Shown here one piece after another: positions 1 through 12,774 of a DNA stretch of 64,000 nt. Numbering within the stretch: the stretch's first letter is position 1; each line of letters starts with the position of its first letter. The notes beneath the pieces are model-generated. The model ran no database searches, was not told where the DNA came from, and saw only the letters and a program-made list of their open reading frames with translations. Origin of the DNA: Monosiga brevicollis MX1. Its lineage: Eukaryota. Both the position numbers and the translations under genes were made by a program. Location of the stretch: positions 397,757-461,756 of the forward strand of contig NW_001865048.1 of the NCBI RefSeq assembly GCF_000002865.3, given 5' to 3'.

Positions 1-2335
1 CTACCCTTTCACCCTGACCTGGAGCATAAGCCTGGCTTAGCAGCAGGCCAGGATAGCAAGCTTGGCCCACAAACGAGGCAACGTGCATGCGGCGCCTCAG
101 AACCCGGGGCTCTGGCCCAGACTTTACCTCAATCACCAGCTGTCAAAAAGGAAAAGCTCGCGGCTCAGCCGTCCCCAGCGCCGAAAAATGTTTCAAACCA
201 TGTCCCGTGCCCAAGCTGTGGATTACCCGTGGCTTTCGCCCAAATGAACACCCACCTCGATACGTGCCTTGGATCTGCTCTGCCTCATGGTAGCCCCAAG
301 GACTCGGCTCATAGAGGACGAGAGCCCATCTGCCTTTCGGACGACGAAGATGAGGAACCCGAGTGCGCCAAGCGCGGTGATGGTGCGATGAAGGTGGATT
401 CCGCTAGCACAGCAGGGACATCCTCTCCGCTGATGGAAGATGATTCCAGCTCTGCTCAGGATCAAATAGCTCAATTACGCACTATACTGGGTGCCCATGC
501 TCTTACGGTAGGCGCTGGCACCTTGATAGAATTTGGTCCTTGGGCTGGGCCGGTAAAAGTCATTACTTGACGCCGTTGGTGTTTGTTCTTTCTCGCGTTT
601 GCCACCCACAGAAATCGGGCGCCTCCCGCTTGTTGGTGCGGGCTCATGGGGAGCTGGACCAAGCTGTCAATCTTTTCTTCGACGAGACGTCAGGCTTGAC
701 GTCGCCTCCTGCTCAACCCGGCACCCAGGATACTAACCTTACAGATTCACCGACGCGTCAGACAAAGCCCACAGGCAAGCGCAAGCAAGCCTCGTTACTG
801 ACCTTTTTCCAATCCCCACCTGCCAAAAATGCCAAGCAACGAGCCGCCGCCACCAGCTCGCCACGGACTGGTGCGACAGCTTCACACCACGTGGCCCCCA
901 CCGAAGCTGAGCGCGACGTCGGCTCAGAACAACCGCCTATTCCAAATGCCAAGCCAACACGGGCGCCCGTGCCGTTGGTGGCCTCTGCTACACCAGCTGA
1001 TGCGGCAGATACCGCCAATGTGGGAAGTGATGATGTTCACTACCGTATCCTTGCCAATGCATTCGAAGAGCTGGTTGCAACTCGCTCCCGCCTCAAGATC
1101 ACGAGCATCCTGGCCGACACGTTTCGCACGGTTTTGCGCCGTACTCAGAGCAGCAAACACCGTAAGACTTGACATTGTTGCCATGCAGCAAAGGAAGAGA
1201 GCTTTTGACTCAATATCGTACGTGTGACTGCAGCTATTGGCGACCCACAGGTTCTCATTGCCGCCGTCTACCTGACGACCAACCATATCGCGCCCTCTTT
1301 TCACGGCATTGAGGTGTGTTGCCGAGCATGCTGTGTAAGATGCCCATGGCTGGCCCTGCAAGTTCCCTCATCCTGGTGGGAAAACCTAGCTCGGTCTTGG
1401 AGAGAAACTGGTCGCGACAGTGGTGGCTGAAGCGTCTGGTCGGTCGCCAAGGCGCATGCGCTCAGACTACAAGGAGACGGGGGACTTGGGCGATGTCGCG
1501 TTTCGGGCCTTGCATACCCAGCGAGCTCTATTCAAACCTAAACCGTTAACGATACTCGGTGCGAAGAGCGCGGGCACAGCTTTGCTATTGACATGTTTTT
1601 GCTCCTTTTTTTTTGTTTTGGTTTTTGTTTTTGTTTTTTCAATTCGCTTGCCTTTGCTTGAGAGTCCATGCCGCGATGCCCTTGGAAAGCAATTGTGCCG
1701 GCATGGCCAGACTGATCTTGGTGTTTGGTGGTGATCAGGGGTATTTCGGAGCCTGCACACTATCGCAGGATTACGGGGCAAAGGCAGCCAGCGCCAGAAA
1801 CAGGACATTGTGCGCAAACTGATTGTGGCTTGTCAAGGCCCAGAAGTCCGCTTCATCGTCCGCACTCTTATCGGTACGCTTCAAGCCATGTTGGCTAACG
1901 CTGCGAAGAAGCCGTAGAGGTTGCACGACCGCGACCATGTTGCTGTTTCCTGATGACCTTGCTGGCGCCGGCTACAAATCAGCCAACTTGCGCACGGGTG
2001 CAGTGGGGCTGACCATCCAGACAGCTATTGCCCACACGTTTGTTGGTGCTTGGCAGGTTTGTTCATCGAATCCGCGAGATTGTGTAGTTTTGCTCACTAG
2101 ACGGCTCTTTCAAGCAACCCTTGACAGCGTCCTACGTGCATTTCATCTCATCGTTTCGGCTTGCACTCCCCCACCCACCCGCAGACATCCATTAGCAAAG
2201 AGGAAGCTGCGCAGCGTGTGAAGGACTGTTATGCACGACATCCATGTTGGGACTCGATATTAACGTATGCACCTCTCACCCTTTGTCGTTCTCCGTGCTG
2301 TTCAGTCATGGTTGTTTCGCGTCTACTTTGAGTAT

Positions 2336-2403
<68 letters not shown>

Positions 2404-4872
2404 TTTGTGACCTACCCAGCAGCATGTGTAAAGAATTGCAGGTGTCACAGAATTACCCAGGCTGGGGCTGTGCATTCAGTGCCCATAGCCTGTGATCGCT
2501 TTTGCATCTCATCGTGATCTTTTGTTTGCAACCTCGCGACATGATGTGTAGCGCGCTAGTAGAGGGAGGGTTTGAGGAAATGGAACGTCGCTGCGGCCCT
2601 CGCATTGGCATCCCTGTACAGCCCATGCTGGGCAAGATCACGCGCGACCTGGGCGAAGTCATGACTCGACTTGCCCATAAGGAATTTCAGGCGGATTTCA
2701 AGTATGATGGATGTCGAGCCCAGATTCACTTGGAAACTCCCACCAAGCTGCGCCAGGTCCGTGTGGCGAGAACGCACGCTGCGATGCCAGGCTTGGGAGC
2801 GTCTGGCTAACCTTGCACACACGCACTTGCAGGATGTAAAAAGCTTTATGTTCAGCCGCCACCTTGAGGACATGTCAACACGCTATCCCGATGCCACCAC
2901 GTCGCTTCTCGAGAGTCTGAGTCGCGGTGCGTTGAATCTGTTTGCTATTTTATATCGCTATATTCCTTGCTGGGTGCGCCAGGTGCAGACCGATCTTGCA
3001 AGATTGCATTGCCTCTTTTGCAATTCCGTGGTTGGCACAGCGCTTCAAACTCAGTCAGGCTGGACAAATTAGAAAATGGATGCTTGGCTTTGCAGTCCTG
3101 CGTGGCTGACGCCGAGATCGTGGCTGTGGATGCCACTGGCAAAATTCTTCCCTTTCAAACACTCATGAACCGTGGACGAAAGGATGTCAACGAGAAAGAA
3201 GTACAAGTGGCAGTCAAGGTGCTGCTTTATGACCTCATGATGCTGGATGACCGCCCACTTTTGCAGCTTCCGCTCCGCTATCGGACGGCACTACTTCAGC
3301 ATGTTGGTACCTGACGTCTTGCAGCCTGTTGCAGTCCCTGCCCCACAGCTGTGTGCTTGTACAAGTGAATGTAAGCCTCACCAATGGCTCGCGCTGTAGT
3401 TGTTTCAGCCGGTCCCCAACCGAGTGGACTTGGTGCGTCAGCAAGTCTTTGTACCCAATGCTCAAGGCGAGCACGATGAATCAGACTTGCGGAAATTTTT
3501 GCATGCGGCTCTGGACGCCAAGTACGACGCTCACGAGGCAGAGACGAGCTATGGACTGCCACGTTGTTATTCCTTCGAATGGCCATGAACTAAGCTTTTG
3601 GGACATTCATCCACGTGCTTTGCTGTGGGTACGATAGGTGCGAAGGACTCATGATTAAGGCACGCGGGCCGGTTTTGTCCCTTGCCGAGACTGATTTGGT
3701 TGCCTCGGACCAGGCATTGGTGCAGCGGCTCGACGAGTTACTGCAGAGTGCGCTAGAGGCGCGAAAGCGGTCCGCTGCATCCGCCGATGACGTGGGCGAT
3801 CCGCTGGCGTTGTCGACATACCAGCCGTCCAAGCGCTGCGAGAATTGGCTCAAGGCAAGTTGGGGCGGAGTGCATAGGAGCTTGCATTGCTCAGCATAGC
3901 CCTTCCGCACAATCATTGCTGAGCGCTGACCGCCTTACTAGCTATCACACGTCTGGTGAATGACAATGGCGTTGATGCTGGTGCCATAGGTGAAAAAGGA
4001 TTATCTGGAAGGTCTGGGCGATAGCTTTGATTTGGTGGTTATTGGCGGCTGGTGGGGCAATGGCCGCAAGGCCGGGTGGTTTAGCCCTCTGCTCTTGGCC
4101 TGCTACAATCCGGAGACAGAGTTGCTCGAGTCGGTGTGCAAGGTAAGGTGCTACCATTGGTGTCAGTCGACGGGTGGAGAGGCAGCCGTCCTGCATGAGA
4201 CATCAGGGCAGGCCGGCCGTCCTGATAATGTCTCCGCGCGTGGACTAGGTCATGTCTGGGTTTACGGATGAGTTTTATAAGGAGCTGACGGCATTTTATT
4301 CTCGCGAAGAGAACCAGTGTGCGAAAAAGTCTTACTATGATGTCGCTGAAAGCATGACGCCCTCCGTGTGGTTTGAGCCGGTGCGGGTATGTGACTTGAC
4401 CGCGATGTTTTGCACCGATTGTGTTGCCTGTGCTCGACCAGTGGCCGTTTGTTTGTGTGCCTTACTGTCGTCGCGCCGTAGGTTTGGGAGATTCGTGGAG
4501 CTGACTTGACGGTGAGCCCGGTGCATCGGGCAGGTCACGGCCTTGTGCCCGGGCGTGAGGCAGCAGGCATTTCGCTGCGCTTTCCTCGGTTGGTCTTGCT
4601 TGGCGCCTCTGCACACCAAGATGCGTTTGTGCCCATGTTCTTTAATGGCTGGTTGTTTGGGGGGCATGTCGTGGCGTAGCTTTATTCGAGAACGACCGGA
4701 TAAGACCATGTCCGAGGCCACCACGGCCCATCAGATTGTTGAGCTATACCAACAGCAGTTTGCCCCCGCTGCCTCGCGCCGGCTGGTTGGTGATGAGGCA
4801 GATGCAGAGCGGCACGACGAGGTTGCCATGGGTGGGCTGGAGGATGAGAGCGTCGAACGGGCGGTGTTATAA
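1..4872 (+). CDS. ATP-dependent DNA ligase, LIG1-related but LIG6/Adl1-like; multi-exon, 5'-truncated by the window edge
   Basis: Spliced exons give the ligase motifs: DNA-binding domain ([32 protein letters not shown]), PVQPMLG, motif [13 protein letters not shown] (adenylated Lys), [74 protein letters not shown] and SLRFPR. Stop at 4870-4872. Frame 1 is open from base 1 to a GT donor at 508. Confidence 0.93.
2339..2400. repeat. (CT)n microsatellite in a ligase intron
   Basis: Perfect CT run seen directly. Confidence 0.97.
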
Positions 4873-7343
4873 TAATCGAATTGACTCCTTGTGATACCAG
4901 CGAATGTGACCTTGTGAATTCAAGACCCAAACCCGTTCAAGAGATCTAAAACATGCACGCCGGTAGAGGTGGTAGGCGCTATGATTTAGATTCATTGAGC
5001 TCATGCGAATGATGAATCGCGTGCAACCTGTTCGTCATGTGAAACGGCAGATGTGCTATGCCAGACGGCAAGACGGGCACGTAACGCACGCACGTGCACA
5101 AGCATGGCCATTCAGCTGGTGCTCGAGACACCGCGCTCCATCGGCGGAGAGAAGGGGAACTGACAACTTTTAGAAAGAATTCATTCGAAATTGTCGATAA
5201 ATTCGGTAAAAATTATTTCGAGTTTTGGGTGTAATCTGGCCTGGCAGTAGCTCCTCTCGGTTGTCCGCCTTTCTCTCAAACGCAGGCCCAACACCTTTTG
5301 GCCAGGAGTTCTGATCCTTTACGAACAGCCAAGGTCGCGGGAAGGTGCACGGCCGGACAGAGCATGCCCAGCAGTGGGAAGAGGATGTTCGTCCCCACCA
5401 TGGCCTCCTTGTGGCCCCCCGTCCATCCCGCTTGGTCAAATCAACATACCCACGAGCCTACCCTGCAACTGTGTCGCATCGTCAGAGCCATGTTCACTCA
5501 CCGACCCACTCCCTCACTCGTGCCTAGCACAGCACACGCGATGGTGCACGCCGGCGCCCAGCCCGAGCTTGCCCATGTTTTCCAATCTCAGCCGTGCTTA
5601 CATGCATATTCGTCTGACATCCAGCCGTTACAAGACTTGACCACAAAAAAGTGCGTGACATCACGACTTTTTTTTTTTTTTCGGGGGTGACTGCAACGGC
5701 AGCCAAGCAACCAACAGTCACATAGACTTGGACACCTGGCCATGACCGTACTTGCCTGTGGTACGGGGGGTTGTATGTGTGGTGGGTGCATGGTGTGGAA
5801 GAAGGTGGTGTGTGTGTCGTTTAGAGTCAACGCATGATGATGGATGACTGAAAACAAACCCGACACGGCATGTTGAATGTCCAGGCCAGCAACGGCGCGT
5901 AACTAGCAGAGAGATCCGATAAATCGTTGCTTGTGAGCTTCACCTCAGTCTTTGCCAACCTGACCGCCAGGGTCAGCCCAGCAAGTCTTGCCCAGGCCAC
6001 ACAGCAGTCATGGCTCCACTCGTATCCGGAAGATCCAATTCAGCTGTTTGGGGACGTGTGACTGATCGTTGCTCCCTGATCCTGCAATCTTGCCAAAGAT
6101 CGATGACCTCGGTCGCCATCCCTCAATACCTCCTCGAGTATCCCTTTTTCAACGTGACCACAAGAGCAGAAGAATAGGTGCGAAGGACTCCAGCCAGCTA
6201 ATCCCTAGCCCCAGGCTGGCCACGAGGTGTGTGGTATGATTGATCAGTATAAATACTTCTCTGGTGCTTAGGCATGTGGTTCACCTTCATGCATCATTCC
6301 GTGACCTGAGTACCAGTGGTGCAGTCGTCTTTCCCCGCTCTTCTGTCAACACCGCACACACCAACCGTCGATTTAGACAGCAGTCACCTTCTTCAATCGT
6401 CCCGAATTCTTGACTACGCGTCATCATCCTGCCCGTGGCGATGAGATCGCTCGCCATGCTTCACTATTGGTTTTCTCATCATCGCTGTACTGCAAAGGGA
6501 CAAGCACGCAATGTCCACTGATCGTTCGCACTGCCCTTCACTCCCACCGATCACCCTTTCAAACCGTCTCGCCACCACCGCCTCGACCTGACCCTTGACG
6601 TTTTGACAACATCTTGATGACTTGCTCTTTGTTTTCCACCAGCGACAAGTCAAGCCGACTGTTTGCACTGGACCCCCAGGCCTACTGAGACTCGGCGTTG
6701 GCACAGCTGGCCACCAGCTAGTCCCGGGCAACCGGCGGTCTGCCCTTCTCCGCCTAAACAGGTGTTTCCTCTTTGGATGGCTCATGGTCAAGTGCCCCTC
6801 GACCCACTCCCTTGCATCTTCAAGATGTTTACGCCCCGTCAACAGCAGGCCGGCTGCGCGCTAATGTGTTGAGCCTAGTGAAGCCAGCCGGGCGACCGTG
6901 GGGCCTGCAGCTCAGCAGAGAAGTGGGACAGTTGACTGGACTGTGCCGTGTGATTCGGCTGTCTGCTCCCACTCCTTCTTGACTCACTGCCAAGTTTGCT
7001 CGGGTGGCAACTCGTTGTCGCCATGCGCCAGAGACCAGCAGTTGCACGTGATGCCCACAACGTATCATCAATGAATCATCGTGGCGTCCCGCTGCTGGTT
7101 GCTTGCTCCCTGCCACCTCGTGACCTCCTATCCACTGCTTGAGCTCCTCTTTCAATGATCCGCTCGGGGGTTGCCTCAACCACTCGCCCCCGACAATGAA
7201 TCTGCCCAGGATTAGCTTCGCTGGAATGCATTTTCTTCCTCCCCCGGCCAAGGCTCAAGTCACACCGACGGCGCAGCCCAACACCCGCATCTCAACCCTC
7301 TTGACTCAAACGGCTTATTCGAGCACAGGTCAAAACCAGCGCC

Positions 7344-8937
7344 ATGAAGGCCGTCTTCGTTTTGATGGCCCTAGCGGTTGTTGCGGCGGCTCAAACAACG
7401 CGTGCCCCTTCGCCTCCTACTCGCGCCTGTCCTACATACGACCCTTGCAACTGCAAACCCAATGCGCAGGCTGAAAATTATTACGATCGTGACGGCTGCC
7501 TTCAGTGCCGCTGTGTGGCTGTCGAGGTACCCACGACGACCACAACCACTCGCCGTCCCACCACCACCACCACCACCACTACTCGCCCCACGACGACGAC
7601 GACCACTACCACTCGTCGCCCCACCACCACTACCACCACTACCACTCGCCCCACGACGACGACGACCACTACCACTCGTCGCCCCACCACCACTACCACC
7701 ACTACCACTCGCCCCACGACGACGACCACTACCACTCGTCGCCCCACCACCACCACCACTACCGAGGCTCCCTGCCCAACCTACAACCCCTGCAACTGCA
7801 AGCCCAATGCCGAACCCGAGAACTATTATGATCGCGATGGCTGCCTGCAGTGCCGCTGTGTTGCTATCGAAGTGCCAACCACCACGACCACCACGCGCCG
7901 TCCCACGACCACCACGACCACCACGCGCCGTACTACCACAACTACCACCACGCGTCCCACGACAACCACGACTACCACTCGTCGTCCCACCACTACGACC
8001 ACCACTACTCGCCCCACCACTACCACGACCACCACCACGCGCCCCACGACCACCACGACTACCACTCGCCGAGCTACGACGACCACTACAACTCAAGCGG
8101 CCCCCACGACCACCACGACGACCACTCGCCGTCCCACGACGACCACCACGACTCAGGCTGCACCTGAGACGACCACGACGACCACTCGCCGTCCCACGAC
8201 CACGACCACCCAGGCCGCACCCGCCACCACGCGTCGTTCTGATCGCGAAGCTTTTAACGACGAATTTTTCCTTTCCAGCTACGCCTACGATGGTGACGAT
8301 GTTTACCTCGTGTCGGGGGCAGAGGCTGGCTTTCAGCTGGTGCCTGGCTTCTCCGAAGGCCTCAAGTTCAAGAGTGGAAAGACACGTAAGTTGGGGCCTG
8401 TGGCCACCTTGAAGGACCATTCATGGCGTGCTTATTTTCGGTTTGTCTCATCTCATCATCCTGCTGCTGCCGTTAAACTGCCTCTTCCTAGCTGGCGCAT
8501 GCGACTCTGTGCGCGTGAGCCTCTGCTCTGACTCGCTCAACCAGAACTGCTTCAAGGCATACCCTTGCTCGTCGGGCGAGTGCTTCATGTTTGAGGACGT
8601 GGAGCGTGAGGAAGCCTTTGAGAACCTGAAGAAGAAGGCCAAGCTTTTTGCCTACTGTGAAAATGGCCAGTCCTTCTTTGATTTGGACAAGAGCGAGCAG
8701 AAGCAGGTGTCCAAGGCCTTTGAGCGCTATCTGAACAAGAAGTGTGACATCCATGATTGTCAATTTGATTCGGCCCGCCGCCACATCAGTGGCGATGGTG
8801 ATGACTCTGAATTCAAGGTTCCCGTCGACAGCAAGGCGACCCGCAAGGCCGTCAAGAAGTGCATCCGCAAAGCCGCGCGCAACCTCGAGAACCAGTTTGG
8901 CTCGTGCACCATCTTTGACGATCCCGTTACCGTTTAA
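7344..8937 (+). CDS. Secreted mucin-like protein: signal peptide, two antistasin-like Cys modules, Thr-rich tracts and a Cys-rich C-terminal domain; 2 exons (7344-8385, 8492-8937)
   Basis: Signal peptide MKAVFVLMALAVVAAA. Two copies of CPTY(D/N)PCNCKPNAxxENYYDRDGCLQCRC and T(n)RP/T(n)RRP repeats. The GTAAGT...TAG intron at 8386-8491 joins in frame to GACDSVRVSLC... Confidence 0.85.
7533..8230 (+). repeat. Coding ACN-rich tandem repeats (poly-Thr with RP/RRP spacers)
   Basis: Two arrays, about 7533-7763 and 7878-8230, of acc/acg/act codons punctuated by cgc/cgt-ccc. Confidence 0.93.
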
Positions 8938-9635
8938 GTCCGCCCAGTCATCGCAACACCTGCACACTCTGAGGAGACCAGGTCTTCTGCAGCGTGTTGT
9001 TGGCTGAGCCTCATTGTGAAACCCCCCTCCTGTCCTGCTCACCAGGGCATAGTTGTGTTACAATCGCCGTATACACTTGAAAGTGTGTCTGTGAATGTGT
9101 GTGAGCGAGTGCTTTCAGCCCTGTTGTAAGACGTGTTTTGTGTGCGTGTACATGTGTGAGTCTCAGGGGGCTGGTTGGGATGACAGCGTCATTCGTGTTG
9201 GCTGGATTTAAGGTTGTGGGCTGGTGATGGCATTGCGCGTGAGTGTTTGAACAATGCACACGCTGCACCACTGAGCCTCTGATCTGTATAGCCCAAGCAA
9301 CGAGCCAGAGCGTTGTGAACGAGGGGAGTTACATCTGCCTCACTTACTCAAACATGAAAAATTGATTTACAAAAACTTCCGGCATTGACGAGCTGGCTGG
9401 ACATGTGAGGATGATTCTCAGGCAAATTGAATCAATTGGTCAAAAGGAAAGGCAGACATGAACAAGGCAAGGCGTCAAATATTCTGCCAAGGGGGCAGTC
9501 TTAGACAGCAACAGGGTTTAGCAAGTTCTGCCAGATACACGAAAGGGCTAGGGCGGAGGAAATGATTGGAAGAAGTGGGCGCTCGGAACCAAGGACCAGC
9601 TCTCTTCAATTGTTCAGCATGGCGAAGGTGATATC

Positions 9636-11721
9636 TTAGACCATGAGGGGGCCGTCGGTCGAAGCCGCGGGTAGGGTGCCCTCATCCAGCTGTTTGTAAA
9701 ATTCCTGGACGCGGTCAACCTCGTCGGCGGTACCGAGATAAATGGGGCTGCGCTCGTGTAGCTCTGTCGGAGTCAAGTCAAGGATCCGTTGACGACCATC
9801 GATGGCTTTGCCTGTACACGTGGAGGTGGTGGGGGCACCGCCAACGAATGATGAGAGCGCGCGCAAGACAGGAGGCGCAAAGTGCAAAGAAAGTGAAGGA
9901 GAAGGCATGCGGTAGCCAAGCAAGTGTCTGGTCGCACCGCCAGCAGCTTCAACCAAAAAGGCCATGGGGAAGCACTCGTAGAGCAGGCGCAGCTTGCCCT
10001 TGGCGTTCTTCTTGTCAGCGGGGTAGAAGAAGATGCCGCCATACAGGATGGTCCTGCACGACGCATGCGATTCAAGAGTTTTACCCAAGAGAGCGGGTCC
10101 AAGACGGCAGGATGATTATGAGTTGCTCGATTCTCAAGCGGAGCGCTTTGAAAATGAAACGCGATGGTGCTCACCGGTGAACATCGGACACCATGGAGCC
10201 CACGTAGCGGGCCGAGTAGGTCTTGGGTTGGGCCTTGATCCAGCGCATGTACGCCTTTGTGGCATCATCCCATTTCTCCGCATTGCCGGTGTTGCAGCTG
10301 TAAATGAGCTTGGGAACTGCAGGCATGTGGAAGTTGCGCTATGTCGGAGTCGGGGAAAGTGGTGAGGGAGGGGCGTGTATGGTGGGAGTGGTCATTGGCC
10401 GAGCAGCACAGAGCAGATTTATCTGCCGTCAAGGCCCTTTGGAGATGAACAAACCTTGGTCTCGATGAATTCGCCAAAGGTCGGGTCAAGGTTGAACATG
10501 TGAACGCCGGTACCCGTGCTGAGTACCATGACGACGGCAGAGGAGTAGAGGACGTAGCCGGCGGCCACCATTTCACGGCCAGGGCGCAAGCAGTCACCCA
10601 ATCTGCCGAGCGAGAATGGCCGAGATGGAAGCGGAGGAGGGCATGTGAGGGAAAGGTGATGGTGCAGAGGTAACGAACAGGCGTGGCTAGCGCAGTGATT
10701 GAGAGCGTGCATGGGCCACGGCAACTCACTCGGCCAGGCTCTTGTTGTCAGTGTGATAGATGCCAAAGATGGTACCGACGGAGACGTTGCATTCAATGTT
10801 CGAGGAACCGTCGAGGGGATCAAACACGACGCAGTAGCGGGCGTGGTCTAGGCCTTCGATCACAATGGCATCATCTTGTTCTTCCGATACCATTACGCGC
10901 ACCTAAGGACGGGTGGATGGCATGGGCGGCCCGGGCTGAGGAAAGCCATTGCCTTGTATTCGGGGCAGAAGGCCGAAACAAACCTTTTTGGTGTTACGAA
11001 GGACATTCTTGAAGACGTCGTTGGCGAGGACGTCCAGCTTTTTCTGGTCTTCACCCGATTGATTGGCTTGACCGCCTGGTATTGGGGAGGAATGGGGGAG
11101 GCGAGTAGGTGAATGGAAATGTTAAGCAAAACCAGAAAAAAAAAAAAGGACACCAAGGCCGGTCATGCATGCCGAGGCTTGAAGGCGTGCTGCGATGCGG
11201 GGGCAAGCACTGACCAAGACCGTAGAGACCTTGCATGCCAGCATTTTGCACGGCATTGGCGATGACCTATGGCAATGAAAGAAGACAGCCGAGTCGAGGG
11301 TGAGGTGAATGTGTTCAGCAATGGGGTGTAGGCCAACGGCAGTTGAAGAAAGTACCTTGGAGGCCACGCCAATGGCCTGGAGGATAAAGGCCAGGGAGGT
11401 GCGAGTGGTGCCATACTTTTCGCGACGCTCGCTATCGGGTACAGGCGGCGAAGCAAGGTGAGAGGACCAACGGGAGTTGCGGGCGGGCTGCCAATGCCAA
11501 AGAGGTTAGCTTACCGATCATCCTCCATGATGAAGCGAGCCAAGGTCACGGGGTCCATCTACAGCAGGGATCATAATGAGGTGAGATGGTGAGATGGTGC
11601 TGGCATGTCACCATGAGGGTGGAAGGGACAGGGGGAAGAGAGAGGAACTGCGCGAGGCAGAACACACGTTGTATTCAGGGAAGGCCATGTCGCCAGGGGT
11701 TTCGGTAGTGACTCCTGCCAT
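9636..11721 (-). CDS. FBP1: Fructose-1,6-bisphosphatase class I (multi-exon)
   Basis: Exons encode [101 protein letters not shown] and [12 protein letters not shown]...[21 protein letters not shown]. Confidence 0.96.
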
Positions 11722-12774
11722 GTCGCTGGTCTACTCGAGAAATGTGCCCAAGGAGCAGGCGAACGACGAGAGAGAGAGAGAGATAGTGAGTGAGGAGAAG
11801 TGGCATGTGGGAAGGGCCGAGGCGATTTGAGGGACGCCAAGAGCCGCGGGGCCGACAACATACAAGTCTTCGGGAAAGGGAGGACAGGTTGAAAAATGGG
11901 ACTGGAAGAGGCGATGAAAGGGGGGGGGGTGGTCAAGGACAAAAAGCAAAGAAGCGGTGTGAGGCACGGCCGGCAATGGCGGTCACGAGCAGTTGGGGGT
12001 GGCGGGGTCGTAGATGGAGGTGCATGCAAGTGTCGGGGAACACTGTGTTGGTGTTGGAGGTGGTGGTGAAGGCAAGGCATGGCATGCGTGACAAGGCGAG
12101 CAAGATCAGAAACGAGCCCACGCCAACGAAGAAATGCGGACCCGGTCAGCTCCAAGATCGAAGAAATAGAAGAAGCACACACCAAGGACACGCGCAGAAG
12201 TGTGTGTGAAGGAGGGACGGAAAGAGCGTGAGGCAGAGGGAGAGAGTGAGTGAGGGAGTGAGAGAGCACGCAAATCGTCATGTGCACGTGTTGTTTTGGG
12301 GGGGAGCGGGGCAGCCATTGGAAGGAAAGGGATGGGGCAGATGATCAGCGACACACGTCCAACCAGCAGCACAAATGGACACTCTCAATCACAACAGCAG
12401 CGGAGGACAGTCAAGGGTGGTGGAGGGGAGGCGGGTGATCGCAGCCAAAGACAGAACAAGGGTTGCTGGCTGGTGATCATGGGGGTGAAGAGGCGGCGGC
12501 GATGCTGGGGATCATTGGCGAGTGCATATGTCAAGTGTGCGAGCATGGCACGAGTCTTGAGAGAAGGGTGATCGCACCAGACTTGTGGAGTTGTCGCAGC
12601 AACCTGCAAGCAAAAAGGGCAGCCCGCAGAGGGGCGTGTGAGATAATCTCGATGTTGTTCTCTCAACAAGAGTAGGCAAGAGCACAGGGCCTAAGCGGGG
12701 AGGCCGAGGAGGAGGGCAAGGAGGGCAGGCGACGGCAGCGGATGGAGGCCACACACACACCCGAGCAAACAAAT

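Noticed and set aside
2224..2570. Apparent missing splice acceptor or frameshift in the ligase (possible pseudogene)
   Set aside because: It is resolved by the canonical intron ttaac|GTATGC...GTGTAG|cgcg, giving [16 protein letters not shown] in frame.
7371..8420. Long antisense and alternate-frame ORFs (poly-Val, poly-His, Gly/Arg-rich)
   Set aside because: These are shadows of the stop-free poly-Thr codon repeats. The frame with the signal peptide and Cys modules is the real CDS.
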